DNA from: Promethearchaeota archaeon
Lineage (GTDB): Archaea; Asgardarchaeota; Hermodarchaeia; Hermodarchaeales; Hermodarchaeaceae
Reading direction: 5' to 3'
Assembly (NCBI GenBank): GCA_048938385.1
Contig: JBHLMG010000002.1
Coordinates: 64,001-128,000, forward strand
Length of the DNA stretch: 64,000 bases
The translations under genes were made by a program, and so were the position numbers. Below, in pieces: positions 18,439-27,800 of this stretch. Numbering within the stretch: the stretch's first letter is position 1; every line of letters begins with the position of its first letter. The notes below the pieces were generated by a model. That model was not told where the DNA came from, searched no databases, and saw only the letters and a list, made by a program, of their open reading frames with translations.

Positions 18439-19419
18439 GTGGGCCTACGCGAGTTTGTCGTAAGACGTATCATAAACAGTTTCATCCTTATCATTGGAGC
18501 TATCACCTTCAACTTCTTTGTGTTTCGCCTCATGCCTGGAAATCCTGTTGCGATTCTAATCAGTGGGAACCTGGCGGCGAATCAAGCAGAGCTTGCTGCT
18601 GCTCTCCGAGCGATGTGGGGGCTGGATCAGCCGTTACCGGTCCAATTCGCTCAGTACCTAGTCAACATGTTCACATTCAACTTTGGCTATTCGTTTACGG
18701 AGGGCTTTCGGCCAGTGATTGAATCTATTGCGGCTCGACTTCCCAATACTCTCCTCTTGATGGGGACAGCTGCTATTATTACGATTGTTCTCGGTGTCGT
18801 CACCGGTATAGCGGCTGCCGCAAAACGAGGGGGGAGTTTCGATATGGGAATGGTGGTAACCGCCCTGACCTTCTACTCAATCCCAACATTCTGGCTGGGC
18901 ATGATGTTCATCATGCTCCTCGGGTTCTACATCCCTCTCTTCCCTATGGGTGGAACCGTTTCTGTCCCTATTCCTGAGGATCCTCTTGCTTATGCAGTAT
19001 CAGTTGGGCACCACCTCGTATTACCAGCTATGACGCTCGCCCTCGTATCCTACGGAGGGTACATGTTGGTTATGCGTAACACCCTCATCGATGTTCTCAC
19101 TGAAGACTACATTGTAACAGCTCGAGCCAAAGGCGTTGACGAACGTACAGTGCTCTACAAACATGCTCTGCGAAATGCAATCCTACCCCTCGTAACGATG
19201 ATCGCGCTCACCTTCGGGTTCTTGATTACTGGCGCAACATTGACTGAAACCGTGTTTAACTGGTATGGGCTGGGCCGGCTCATATTCGACTCAGTCATGC
19301 TACAGAACTACCCAGTGCTACAAGCCATCTTCTATATCATGGCGTTAACAGTAATCATTGCTAACTTCATTGCAGATATCCTGTATGGATTCCTTGACCC
19401 GCGAGTCCGTTACGACTGA
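18439..19419 (+). CDS. dppB: Peptide ABC transporter permease DppB/OppB
   Basis: RLMPGNP, GLDQPLPVQF, DYIVTARAKG, HALRNA, LDPRVR; TATA-like AAAGCTTATAAA at about 18377. Confidence 0.95.
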   Translation: MGLREFVVRRIINSFILIIGAITFNFFVFRLMPGNPVAILISGNLAANQAELAAALRAMWGLDQPLPVQFAQYLVNMFTFNFGYSFTEGFRPVIESIAARLPNTLLLMGTAAIITIVLGVVTGIAAAAKRGGSFDMGMVVTALTFYSIPTFWLGMMFIMLLGFYIPLFPMGGTVSVPIPEDPLAYAVSVGHHLVLPAMTLALVSYGGYMLVMRNTLIDVLTEDYIVTARAKGVDERTVLYKHALRNAILPLVTMIALTFGFLITGATLTETVFNWYGLGRLIFDSVMLQNYPVLQAIFYIMALTVIIANFIADILYGFLDPRVRYD

Positions 19420-19437
19420 TCTACAAGGTGAAAGCAA

Positions 19438-21522
19438 ATGGTAAAATGGCGAGAAACATTAGAACGCGTGCTAGGGTTTTGGCGGCAATACCGTCGAAGT
19501 AAAATGGGTATTGCTGGGCTAGTAATCATTCTCTTCTTTGTGGGCATGTCCTTGACAGCACCCCTCATTCGCCCTTGGCCATGGCCAGTATGGGTTAACC
19601 TTGCTCCACGACTCTCCGCACCATTATGGTTACTACCCCTAAATCCGTTGGGATTCAGTGCAGAATATCCTGTTACGAATCCCTTCTTTACTACCAGCGC
19701 TGATGGCTGGGACTATAATGAATCTCTTTCAGGAGAATCATACATCGTTGTAAATAATACACGATTTGATACGAATGCTGATGGTTGGACCTACTACGAC
19801 CAAGGGGCAGGCGCGGCCATTACAAATGGCTTCTATAATCCGAATAGAGGATCTAATGCCGCAGGTGGCAGTGGACCTGGAAGTTACGAAATTCAGTATA
19901 ACGATTCTACCGGGGCAGGATACGGTATCACGGATGCGTATCTATATTACGAGTTCAACTTCGATGCCGACAAGTATCCACCAGGATTTGCCAATGCCCA
20001 TCCTTCACGAGTTATTATTGATTACTCCATTCAGTTTATCATCGACAACACTCCATCGGAACTCGGTCAAGCCGACTGCGTCTTCAGTATCGAAGTCACC
20101 AATTCAACTGGTCCAGCTAATGTGGTCTATCGGCGAACCTACTTCACGACAGGAGTAATTCCATGGATTCAACGCACTCGAAATATGCCACTTGAAAATT
20201 GCAGCCTTACCTTTACTGCTACCGATGTTATGGCAGTCCAATTTCATCTGGCATTTCGTAATCCTATAGGTGCAGATACCCCTCAAATGGTCATTCGACT
20301 AGATGATGTCCAGTTATCTGTTTTTGCATCCTACAATGATACAACGAGTAACCATCTCATAGAAGGGCAATACAGTTCCACAGTAGGAAGCGATGATAGT
20401 GGTCCAGGGAGTTATCTCTTCACCTACGCTGATCTAGATAACCTAACATCCTATCAGAACGCGTATGCTTGGATTCAATCCAGCTTTACATGGGACTTTT
20501 ATGAACGACCGAACGAAGCATTCTTACGCTATAACTATGTAATCCAATCACTTGGGGATTGGGGTGACGCATACATCAACATCATCCAAGAATGTTATGT
20601 CGAAGTAAATGGTCATACAGAAGTCATCCTACGTTCCGATAACATCTACGATGACAGATCTTGGACTGCCTCACCTGAGAAGGTGTGGGACACCTTCATG
20701 GTCACCAATACATTTGGAGAACGAGGAACGCTATGGGTGCGAATAAAAATTCAAGTGTCAGACCCCACTCCACAAGATACTCCCTCATTTAACATCTACT
20801 TCGATGATATTGACCTCGAAGTCTTAGGCAACTACTACGGTGAACTCGGAGCAGGCCAATATGGTGAAGACTTGTTTTCCCAACTACTTTGGGGTTCACG
20901 CATCGCACTTCTCGTAGGCTTGACTGCGGCCTTTATTTCAACCTTCGTTGGCCTTATTGTTGGACTAATCGCAGGCTATTTCGGTGGTCTTGTGGACGAA
21001 ATTCTCATGCGGGTCACAGACTTCTTCCTCATCATCCCTGGGCTCCCCCTGATGATTGTCTTAGCAGCTATCCTTGAACCAAGATGGTGGAATATCGTCC
21101 TGGTAATAGCGCTAATCGGGTGGACGGGGACAGCCCGGTTAGTGAGAGCACAAGTCCTCGCCGAACGCCAACGTGCCTATGTGGAAGCCGCGCGTGCTAT
21201 CGGAGCAAGTGATCTCTACATCATTTTCCGCCATATTCTCCCCAATGTGACGCCTTTGCTCTTTGCTCAGATTACCCTTGGGGTTGCAGGTGCAATCCTT
21301 TCTGAAGCGGGATTGAGCTTCCTTGGACTCACACACCCCTACGATGTGAGCTGGGGCCGTATGCTCTTTCAAGCCTCAGGAGCGGGTGCCTATTCTGAAG
21401 GCGCTTGGTGGTATGTCTTCTTTCCCGGTGTATGCATCGTCTTACTAGCGCTATCGTTCACTCTAGTCGGCTATGCAGTCGATGAGATTCTCAACCCACG
21501 CTTACGAATCCGGAGGCAATAA
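19438..21522 (+). CDS. dppC: Peptide ABC transporter permease DppC/OppC with about 390-aa extracellular insertion
   Basis: EAARAIGAS EAA motif, HILPN, LSFLGL, LNPRLR; beta-rich insert after TM1. Confidence 0.92.
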   Translation: MVKWRETLERVLGFWRQYRRSKMGIAGLVIILFFVGMSLTAPLIRPWPWPVWVNLAPRLSAPLWLLPLNPLGFSAEYPVTNPFFTTSADGWDYNESLSGESYIVVNNTRFDTNADGWTYYDQGAGAAITNGFYNPNRGSNAAGGSGPGSYEIQYNDSTGAGYGITDAYLYYEFNFDADKYPPGFANAHPSRVIIDYSIQFIIDNTPSELGQADCVFSIEVTNSTGPANVVYRRTYFTTGVIPWIQRTRNMPLENCSLTFTATDVMAVQFHLAFRNPIGADTPQMVIRLDDVQLSVFASYNDTTSNHLIEGQYSSTVGSDDSGPGSYLFTYADLDNLTSYQNAYAWIQSSFTWDFYERPNEAFLRYNYVIQSLGDWGDAYINIIQECYVEVNGHTEVILRSDNIYDDRSWTASPEKVWDTFMVTNTFGERGTLWVRIKIQVSDPTPQDTPSFNIYFDDIDLEVLGNYYGELGAGQYGEDLFSQLLWGSRIALLVGLTAAFISTFVGLIVGLIAGYFGGLVDEILMRVTDFFLIIPGLPLMIVLAAILEPRWWNIVLVIALIGWTGTARLVRAQVLAERQRAYVEAARAIGASDLYIIFRHILPNVTPLLFAQITLGVAGAILSEAGLSFLGLTHPYDVSWGRMLFQASGAGAYSEGAWWYVFFPGVCIVLLALSFTLVGYAVDEILNPRLRIRRQ

Positions 21523-21541
21523 AAAACAGGAGTAACCTACC

Positions 21542-22522
21542 ATGTCAACCGTACTTCATGTTAAAAACTTGAAGGCATACTTCTTCGTCGAAATGGGTGC
21601 AGTCAAAGCTGTCGATGATGTCAGCTTCGACCTTTTACGAGGTGAAACACTCGGACTTGCAGGTGAATCTGGGTGTGGTAAATCCACCACAGCTTACGCC
21701 CTGCTCAATCTCCTTCCTTATCCCGGCCGCATCGTCGAAGGCGAAGTCATTCTCGATGGCGAAGACCTTACACAGAAAAGCAAAGACGAAATGCGCCGGA
21801 TTCGGTGGGACGAAATATCCATGGTTTTCCAAGGCGCCATGAATGCTCTCAATCCCGTCTTACGAATAGGTGATCAGATCGTGGAAGCTCTCATGCTTCA
21901 CGAAGATATCAGCACTGACGCAGCGTGGAAGAAAATGGAAGACATCCTCGAAGTGGTTGGCGTCGATCCTACACGAGCAACCAACTATCCCCACGAATTT
22001 AGCGGTGGAATGAAACAGCGCGTCATGATCGCCATGGCCTTGGTGACAGAACCCAAAGTCCTCATCGCTGATGAACCAACAACAGCCCTCGATGTAACCG
22101 TTGAAGCTCAAGTCCTGAAACTCCTCAAAGGTCTACAAGAAAAATTCCAGCTCAGCGTTATCCTCATCACCCATGACCTCGCCACTATCGCTGAAGCCTG
22201 CGACCGGGTCGCCATCATGTACGCTGGGAAAATCGTTGAATTCGCCGATGTGGTCACAATCTTCAAAGAACGACTTCATCCCTACACTGAAGGGCTCATC
22301 CGATCTGTTCCTAGCCTCTTGGGCACTGAACATCTAGTTCATATTCCTGGCTCTCCACCCGGTCTAATCGAACCACCATCTGGGTGCCGATTCCACCCCC
22401 GGTGCCCAATCGCCACAGAGATCTGCGCTCAACAAGAACCCGAATTCCGTGAACTCAAGGAACGTCACTATACTGCTTGCCACTATGCCCAAAACCTTTG
22501 GGGCAAGAATGTCTGGAAGTGA
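21542..22522 (+). CDS. dppD: Peptide ABC transporter ATPase DppD/OppD
   Basis: GESGCGKS, FSGGM, IADEPT, HPYT, GCRFHPRC. Confidence 0.95.
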   Translation: MSTVLHVKNLKAYFFVEMGAVKAVDDVSFDLLRGETLGLAGESGCGKSTTAYALLNLLPYPGRIVEGEVILDGEDLTQKSKDEMRRIRWDEISMVFQGAMNALNPVLRIGDQIVEALMLHEDISTDAAWKKMEDILEVVGVDPTRATNYPHEFSGGMKQRVMIAMALVTEPKVLIADEPTTALDVTVEAQVLKLLKGLQEKFQLSVILITHDLATIAEACDRVAIMYAGKIVEFADVVTIFKERLHPYTEGLIRSVPSLLGTEHLVHIPGSPPGLIEPPSGCRFHPRCPIATEICAQQEPEFRELKERHYTACHYAQNLWGKNVWK

Positions 22523-22528
22523 TTAACC

Positions 22529-23563
22529 ATGGCCTCATCTGAAGTCTTAATTCAAGTCCGCAACCTGAAGAAATACTTCCCCGTACGTCGGGGGCTCATC
22601 GCTCAACTCTTCAGTCGTGAAAAAATCTGGGTCAAAGCTGTCGATGATGTCAGTTTCGACATTTACAAGAATGAAGTCTTTGTCATCGCTGGTGAATCAG
22701 GCTGTGGTAAAACGACCACTGGTCGCACTATCCTCAACCTCACACCACCGACCGAAGGCAGCATCACCTACTCCGGCCTTGATCTAGCGAACATCACTAA
22801 ACAAGAAATGAAGGGTCTGCGACCCAAGATGCAAATCATCTTCCAAGACCCTTATGAATCACTAAATCCTCGGCTCAGCATCTTCGATAGCATCGCTGAA
22901 GGGCTCCAAGTCAACCGACTCTCTGCAAACAAAGCGGAACTCATTGAACGCGTCAAAATGGCCATGGAAGATGTGCGCCTAATTCCTCCAGAGGAGTTCA
23001 TGTACAGATTCCCACACATGCTCAGTGGTGGTCAACGCCAACGCGTTGTCATCAGCCGTGCTATCGTCACCCAACCAGAATTCATCGTGGCAGATGAACC
23101 CGTCTCGATGCTTGATGCCTCCATTCGGGCTGAAATCCTCCAACTCCTCAAAGACCTAATCAAGAAATACGACCTAACCTATGTCTACATCACCCACGAT
23201 TTAGCCAGCGCTCGTTATGTCGGTGATCGAATCGCCATCATGTACTTAGGCAAGATAGTGGAGTATGGCCCAGTAGGACGCGTCATTGACAACCCCAAAC
23301 ACCAATACACAGCGATTCTAGTTTCCGCAGTTCCCATTCCAGATCCGACGCTTGTCCATACACGGCGTGCCCCTATTGGAGAGGTTCCCTCCCCAATAAA
23401 TCCACCCAGCGGCTGCCGATTTCACACACGCTGTCCTAAGGCTGATGAGAAATGTCGACTAGAAGAGCCTCCCTTCAAGGAGGTCGAAAAGGGACACTTT
23501 GCAGCCTGTTGGCACTGGTTTGATCCTAGGCAATGGGAAACCGAAGAGTCGACTTTATCATAA
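22529..23563 (+). CDS. dppF: Peptide ABC transporter ATPase DppF/OppF
   Basis: GESGCGKT, FQDPYESLNPR, LSGGQ, VADEP, GCRFHTRC. Confidence 0.95.
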   Translation: MASSEVLIQVRNLKKYFPVRRGLIAQLFSREKIWVKAVDDVSFDIYKNEVFVIAGESGCGKTTTGRTILNLTPPTEGSITYSGLDLANITKQEMKGLRPKMQIIFQDPYESLNPRLSIFDSIAEGLQVNRLSANKAELIERVKMAMEDVRLIPPEEFMYRFPHMLSGGQRQRVVISRAIVTQPEFIVADEPVSMLDASIRAEILQLLKDLIKKYDLTYVYITHDLASARYVGDRIAIMYLGKIVEYGPVGRVIDNPKHQYTAILVSAVPIPDPTLVHTRRAPIGEVPSPINPPSGCRFHTRCPKADEKCRLEEPPFKEVEKGHFAACWHWFDPRQWETEESTLS

Positions 23564-23564
23564 A

Positions 23565-23604
23565 ATAGGTTACCAAACTTGGTAACCTATGTTCTTCCTT
23601 TTTT
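23565..23604 (+). terminator. Hairpin plus U-rich tract after dppF
   Basis: ATAGGTTACCA-aact-TGGTAACCTAT perfect 11-bp stem, then GTTCTTCCTTTTTT. Confidence 0.7.
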
Positions 23605-23673
23605 GTATCCTATCAAAGCTGGAGCCTACAAAAAGATCATTCGCTCTCAAGAAATTGGCAAAGTCTGCACACT

Positions 23674-24420
23674 CTAAATTCTGGGATAAAGGCGTTGGAT
23701 GATTTTTGGATCTTGAGGTTTAACGCGCTTAAGGTAGCGGGGCTTACTGAACATATCGAAGAAGGTGGCAATTTCTTTGAGTTTACCTTCGACATCAATG
23801 ACGGCCTGTTTTTGAATGTCTTCTTGAGAGATAGACATTTCGATGTTACGAAAGGTTGTATCACTGAAGAGTTGTTTAGCCTCAGGTGAGGATGGGGCCT
23901 GATTCGTCGCTAGGCTGATGAAGGTATCAGAAAGGTCGGAATAAATTTCAACGAGGGAGGATTGCTTTCCAGTGTAGCGTTTACCTTGGAGAAGTTGGTG
24001 TGTGGTTAATTGTTGGAGCGCTTCAATGACTGGATAATCTTCGGGTGAATAATCAATTGTAATTTCAGGGGGTAGGTTGATGGGGTCAATGAGTCGGTGG
24101 GCAAACAAATCGGCTTCCCTTTGCTCTATGCCATCCAAGATGAGGGCGTTCCGCATTTCTTGTCGGGCAAATCGCCAAATGACTTTTGTATTGATACTTT
24201 GTGAATCAGGAATGATGATGAAGTGGAGGCTGATGCCGAGACCGTATTTGCTTTTTGGGCCACTAAGGAGGATCGGGCTACCCGAATCTAAGGGGATATC
24301 ATCGCGAACTTGTTCTGGATCTTTGGGGTCCTTACGGTGGGTGGTTTCAAACAGTTTCAGTATAGGAACGAATATTGTGGATTTCGGGGGTTTCGGTTTG
24401 CGTCGATAAAAAAATGGCAT
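23674..24420 (-). CDS. Hypothetical protein
   Basis: 248-aa ORF with AGGTGA SD upstream; no motif recognised. Confidence 0.65.
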   Translation of the reverse strand: MPFFYRRKPKPPKSTIFVPILKLFETTHRKDPKDPEQVRDDIPLDSGSPILLSGPKSKYGLGISLHFIIIPDSQSINTKVIWRFARQEMRNALILDGIEQREADLFAHRLIDPINLPPEITIDYSPEDYPVIEALQQLTTHQLLQGKRYTGKQSSLVEIYSDLSDTFISLATNQAPSSPEAKQLFSDTTFRNIEMSISQEDIQKQAVIDVEGKLKEIATFFDMFSKPRYLKRVKPQDPKIIQRLYPRI

Positions 24421-24479
24421 CTACTATCACCTAATCACGAAGAAATGGGATGGGCTATCACGGGGGTATTCTCGTGGGT

Positions 24480-24731
24480 CTATCGGTTCATGCGGCGTTC
24501 AATGTGGAGCATAAAGAGGGTCTGGCGTAAATCGGTTAAATTGGGAACTCGAGCCACAACGCCTTCTGCGACCAACCGCTTCAGGGCGTAACGCACAGTT
24601 CGGGGGGCGAGTTGGGTGTTTTGCACAATTTCCTTACTGGTCAAAGGTCCTTGGTTTTTAATCACGCGAATAATCTTAGAAGCACTTGGTGGTTCCCGGT
24701 GACTTCTAGACCACTTCATGTTGCCACCCAT
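24480..24731 (-). CDS. Small winged-helix DNA-binding protein
   Basis: GPLTSKEIVQNTQLAPRTVRYALKRL..G.V pattern. Confidence 0.8.
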   Translation of the reverse strand: MGGNMKWSRSHREPPSASKIIRVIKNQGPLTSKEIVQNTQLAPRTVRYALKRLVAEGVVARVPNLTDLRQTLFMLHIERRMNR

Positions 24732-24740
24732 GGCACTCTT

Positions 24741-24766
24741 AGCGTTTCGTTTTTAAAAGCGTTTCG
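24741..24766. promoter_or_regulatory. Direct repeat AGCGTTTCG flanking TTTTAAAA, just upstream of the wHTH gene
   Basis: Copies at 24741-24749 and 24758-24766. Confidence 0.4.
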
Positions 24767-24834
24767 AATCCTGCAACGACATTTGCCGGACAAAACCGCA
24801 AAAATTCGTAGGTCCTTTTTAAGGGTCATTTCCT

Positions 24835-27800
24835 TTGAGAGACAAAGACACATTAAAGTATAAAAAGCCCATGCCACCTTCTATTCCGCTAACCTACTGC
24901 AAAGTAGGACAACGGATGGAAAATAACATGAAAAAGGCATTGCCTTTTCGAAAGCGACAACTAGCGTCTCTAATGGCACTAAGCATTCTAGTATTCTCAA
25001 TGTTCCTTGGTATCTCAGCGATACCCTTCAGCGCTGCCCGGGCACCAACCACTGGCGCTCCCATGCCAGATGTGTTGGACCAATATTTCCCGCGAACTGA
25101 ATCTGCGAAACCCGAAAGTGATCTTGATGAAACTATTCATCCCAATCTGGAGGCCTACTTGAAGACCGGCGTTGTACCTGATGAACTCCGGTCAATCGAT
25201 TCAGGTGTTGAAATGCTCATTACCGCAAGTTTTGAGGTAGACTTCAACTCGCTGAGTGAACACATCCGTATCATCAATGTGTACGAACTCAGCGTTGGTT
25301 ACCTGATTCAGGGCGTAGCCTTCAATCCGAAGGCTATCTACGCGCTCAGCGCTCTACCCGGTGTTGGTCGCGTTCTTGGGAATGAATACAACAGAGTTCT
25401 TCATGACAAACCTACCGACATGGTTACCGATCAGTTCTATGCTCGGGAAATCATGGGTATCGTTGATGTTGAAACTGAATTTCCTGGTTACGATGGTACC
25501 GGTGTCACTATCGGTATTGTTGACACAGGTGTCGACTTTGGTGTGAATGACCTCGTGGATGCAATCGACCTCGATGGATTTGGTCAACCAACCAGCTACG
25601 ATCCTGGTGGATCCGGCATCGCAATTACCAGCCATGCCCTTCCCTCAGTGGGTGGTTACCTCCTCACCGAAGGCTTAGACTTTCGGATGTTCCGCAACGA
25701 TGGATCCCTCTGGTGGTCTAACTCCACCTATGGCATCTACGCCGAAAACATGTATGTAGGTGGCTATGGTGGTATCGTCAGCCAAAGCGGTATCTACAAG
25801 GTTGGTATGTCCGTCCAAATTGGTGACGCACTACCCCGGTTGTTCTTCGTCTTCCTCTTGGTTGACTCAACAACCCCCTTCGTATACGATACCGTCTATG
25901 TCGACTTTGATACCTCCTTTGCAATCACTGCAGACTACAACGGTGTAAGCGGTGGTGCTGCGGATTGGGACTTCACCAACGACGCTCCTCACATGTTCGA
26001 CAACAACCCCATCTTGACTGCTGATCTTGATGGCGATGGCATCAACGACTACAGCATGGGTAGTCTCTCCAACACCTTCGACCTCACAGAACAAATCTCT
26101 GGCGACCTCATCTCCGGGATTGATCCTATTGGTCGTGGGTTCGCCTTCATGTTCGACAACGATGGTCACGGTACTGGGTGTGCAGTTGCATCAGCTGGTC
26201 GAGGCGTCACTCCCTTCGAAGTGTACGCCAACGGCACTGAGTACTACCTACCCGGTGCAGCTCCTGGTGCTACCATCATGGCGCTGAAGACCTTCACCAT
26301 CTTAGACGACATGTCCACCTGGCTTTGGGGTTGTGGATATCGTCCAATTTATCCTGATGACTATCCATATGACGCCTTCAGCTACTGGCAAAACAGTTCT
26401 GGTCCTGCTGCTGACATTCTCAGCAACAGCTGGGGCTCCTCCACCTGGAGCGTAGACGCCCGAGACCATCCTTGGAGCTATGACTGGTTAAGCACGACTA
26501 TGGACTTTCTGACCTATGATGCAGATGTCCTCTTCTGCGTCTCAACAGGTAACACCGGTCCTGGTTACGGTACAGGTGGTCGTCCATCATCCACGATGGC
26601 CTTGATGGTCGGCGCGAGCACTAGCTCCCATATCTGGCAGGGCTTCTACAGCAACTACACTCAGGGCTACGACACGGTTGCTGACTTTAGCAGCAACGGT
26701 CCTACTCCCCAGGGCTTCAGCTCACCTGATGTTCTCGCTGTGGGCGCATACGCCTTCGGTGTCGGACCAGTCCAAGATGGTGATGGGTCTGACAACTGGG
26801 GTACCTGGGGTGGAACCAGCCTAGCTTCACCTCTCGCAGCTGCTGTTGCGGCTATTGCCAAACAGGGTAATATGGGCTTGTCGGCCTCGCAACTACGTGC
26901 AATCGTCATGAATGGTGCTGACGACTTAGGTTACGATATCTATCGGCAAGGTGCTGGTCGCGTGAACGCCTACCGGAGCCTCCACATGGCGTTCGGTAAC
27001 GCCACCGACGGCACAGACAACTTAATCCAGATGGATACTGAGTACACCTTCCAAACCCAATACGAACCCATTCGCCAGACTGGTTGGCGTGCATGGTACC
27101 TTCACATGTACTGGGGCTGGGATGATGGACTCAACTTCTGGGATTACACATCGTATTATCACCCTGCAGCCTCAGGTGTTTACGATGGCGCTGTCTTCCC
27201 ACAACCAATGTATCCCGGCGATACGCAATCCTTCAACATCTCAGCCTACGATCCTACGGGCACTGATGTCACCTCTGTCGATGCTTACACCTATGCATTG
27301 ACCGGCGAAGCAAGTGCAACGCTCACCTCCAGCTCTACCTATACGACCTTCAACATGACCGCTGAATTCTCAGCCAGCTTCATGACCGACTTCTATGCAG
27401 CGGACTATGCCGTAATTCACCTCACCTACCCACACTCCAACCTCGAATCCGTCTACGGTTTGTCCAGTCAAGCCAACTATGTGTTCCTGCATGACTGGAT
27501 TGAGGACACCAACGGAAATGGTGTCGTCGACTTCGAAGGCGGTGGCACGGCAGGTGAAGTCCGACGCATTTCGTCCGATACTGCCTACGGTAACAGCCAC
27601 ACCATCAACCTCGGCTTCCCAGGAACACACTTCTGGGGCGATCCCACCATCTACTACCACGATGTGGGCGTCGAGCTCTTCCTGTGGCGCACCCTAGATG
27701 TGAATGTCACCGTTCGCCTCTTTGACCGCGTTCCATGGGCCTGGGTTTCCACCTCTAAATACGGCGCTGATCCCACCACCTGGGATGTCACCGTCAATGT

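Noticed and set aside
24755-24780. TTCGAATCC resembling a tRNA T-loop
   Set aside because: No cloverleaf or acceptor stem could be built around it.
24835-24915. Extended N-terminus of the S8 protease
   Set aside because: This stretch contains a TATA-like element, and the signal peptide fits a start at 24916 or 24928.
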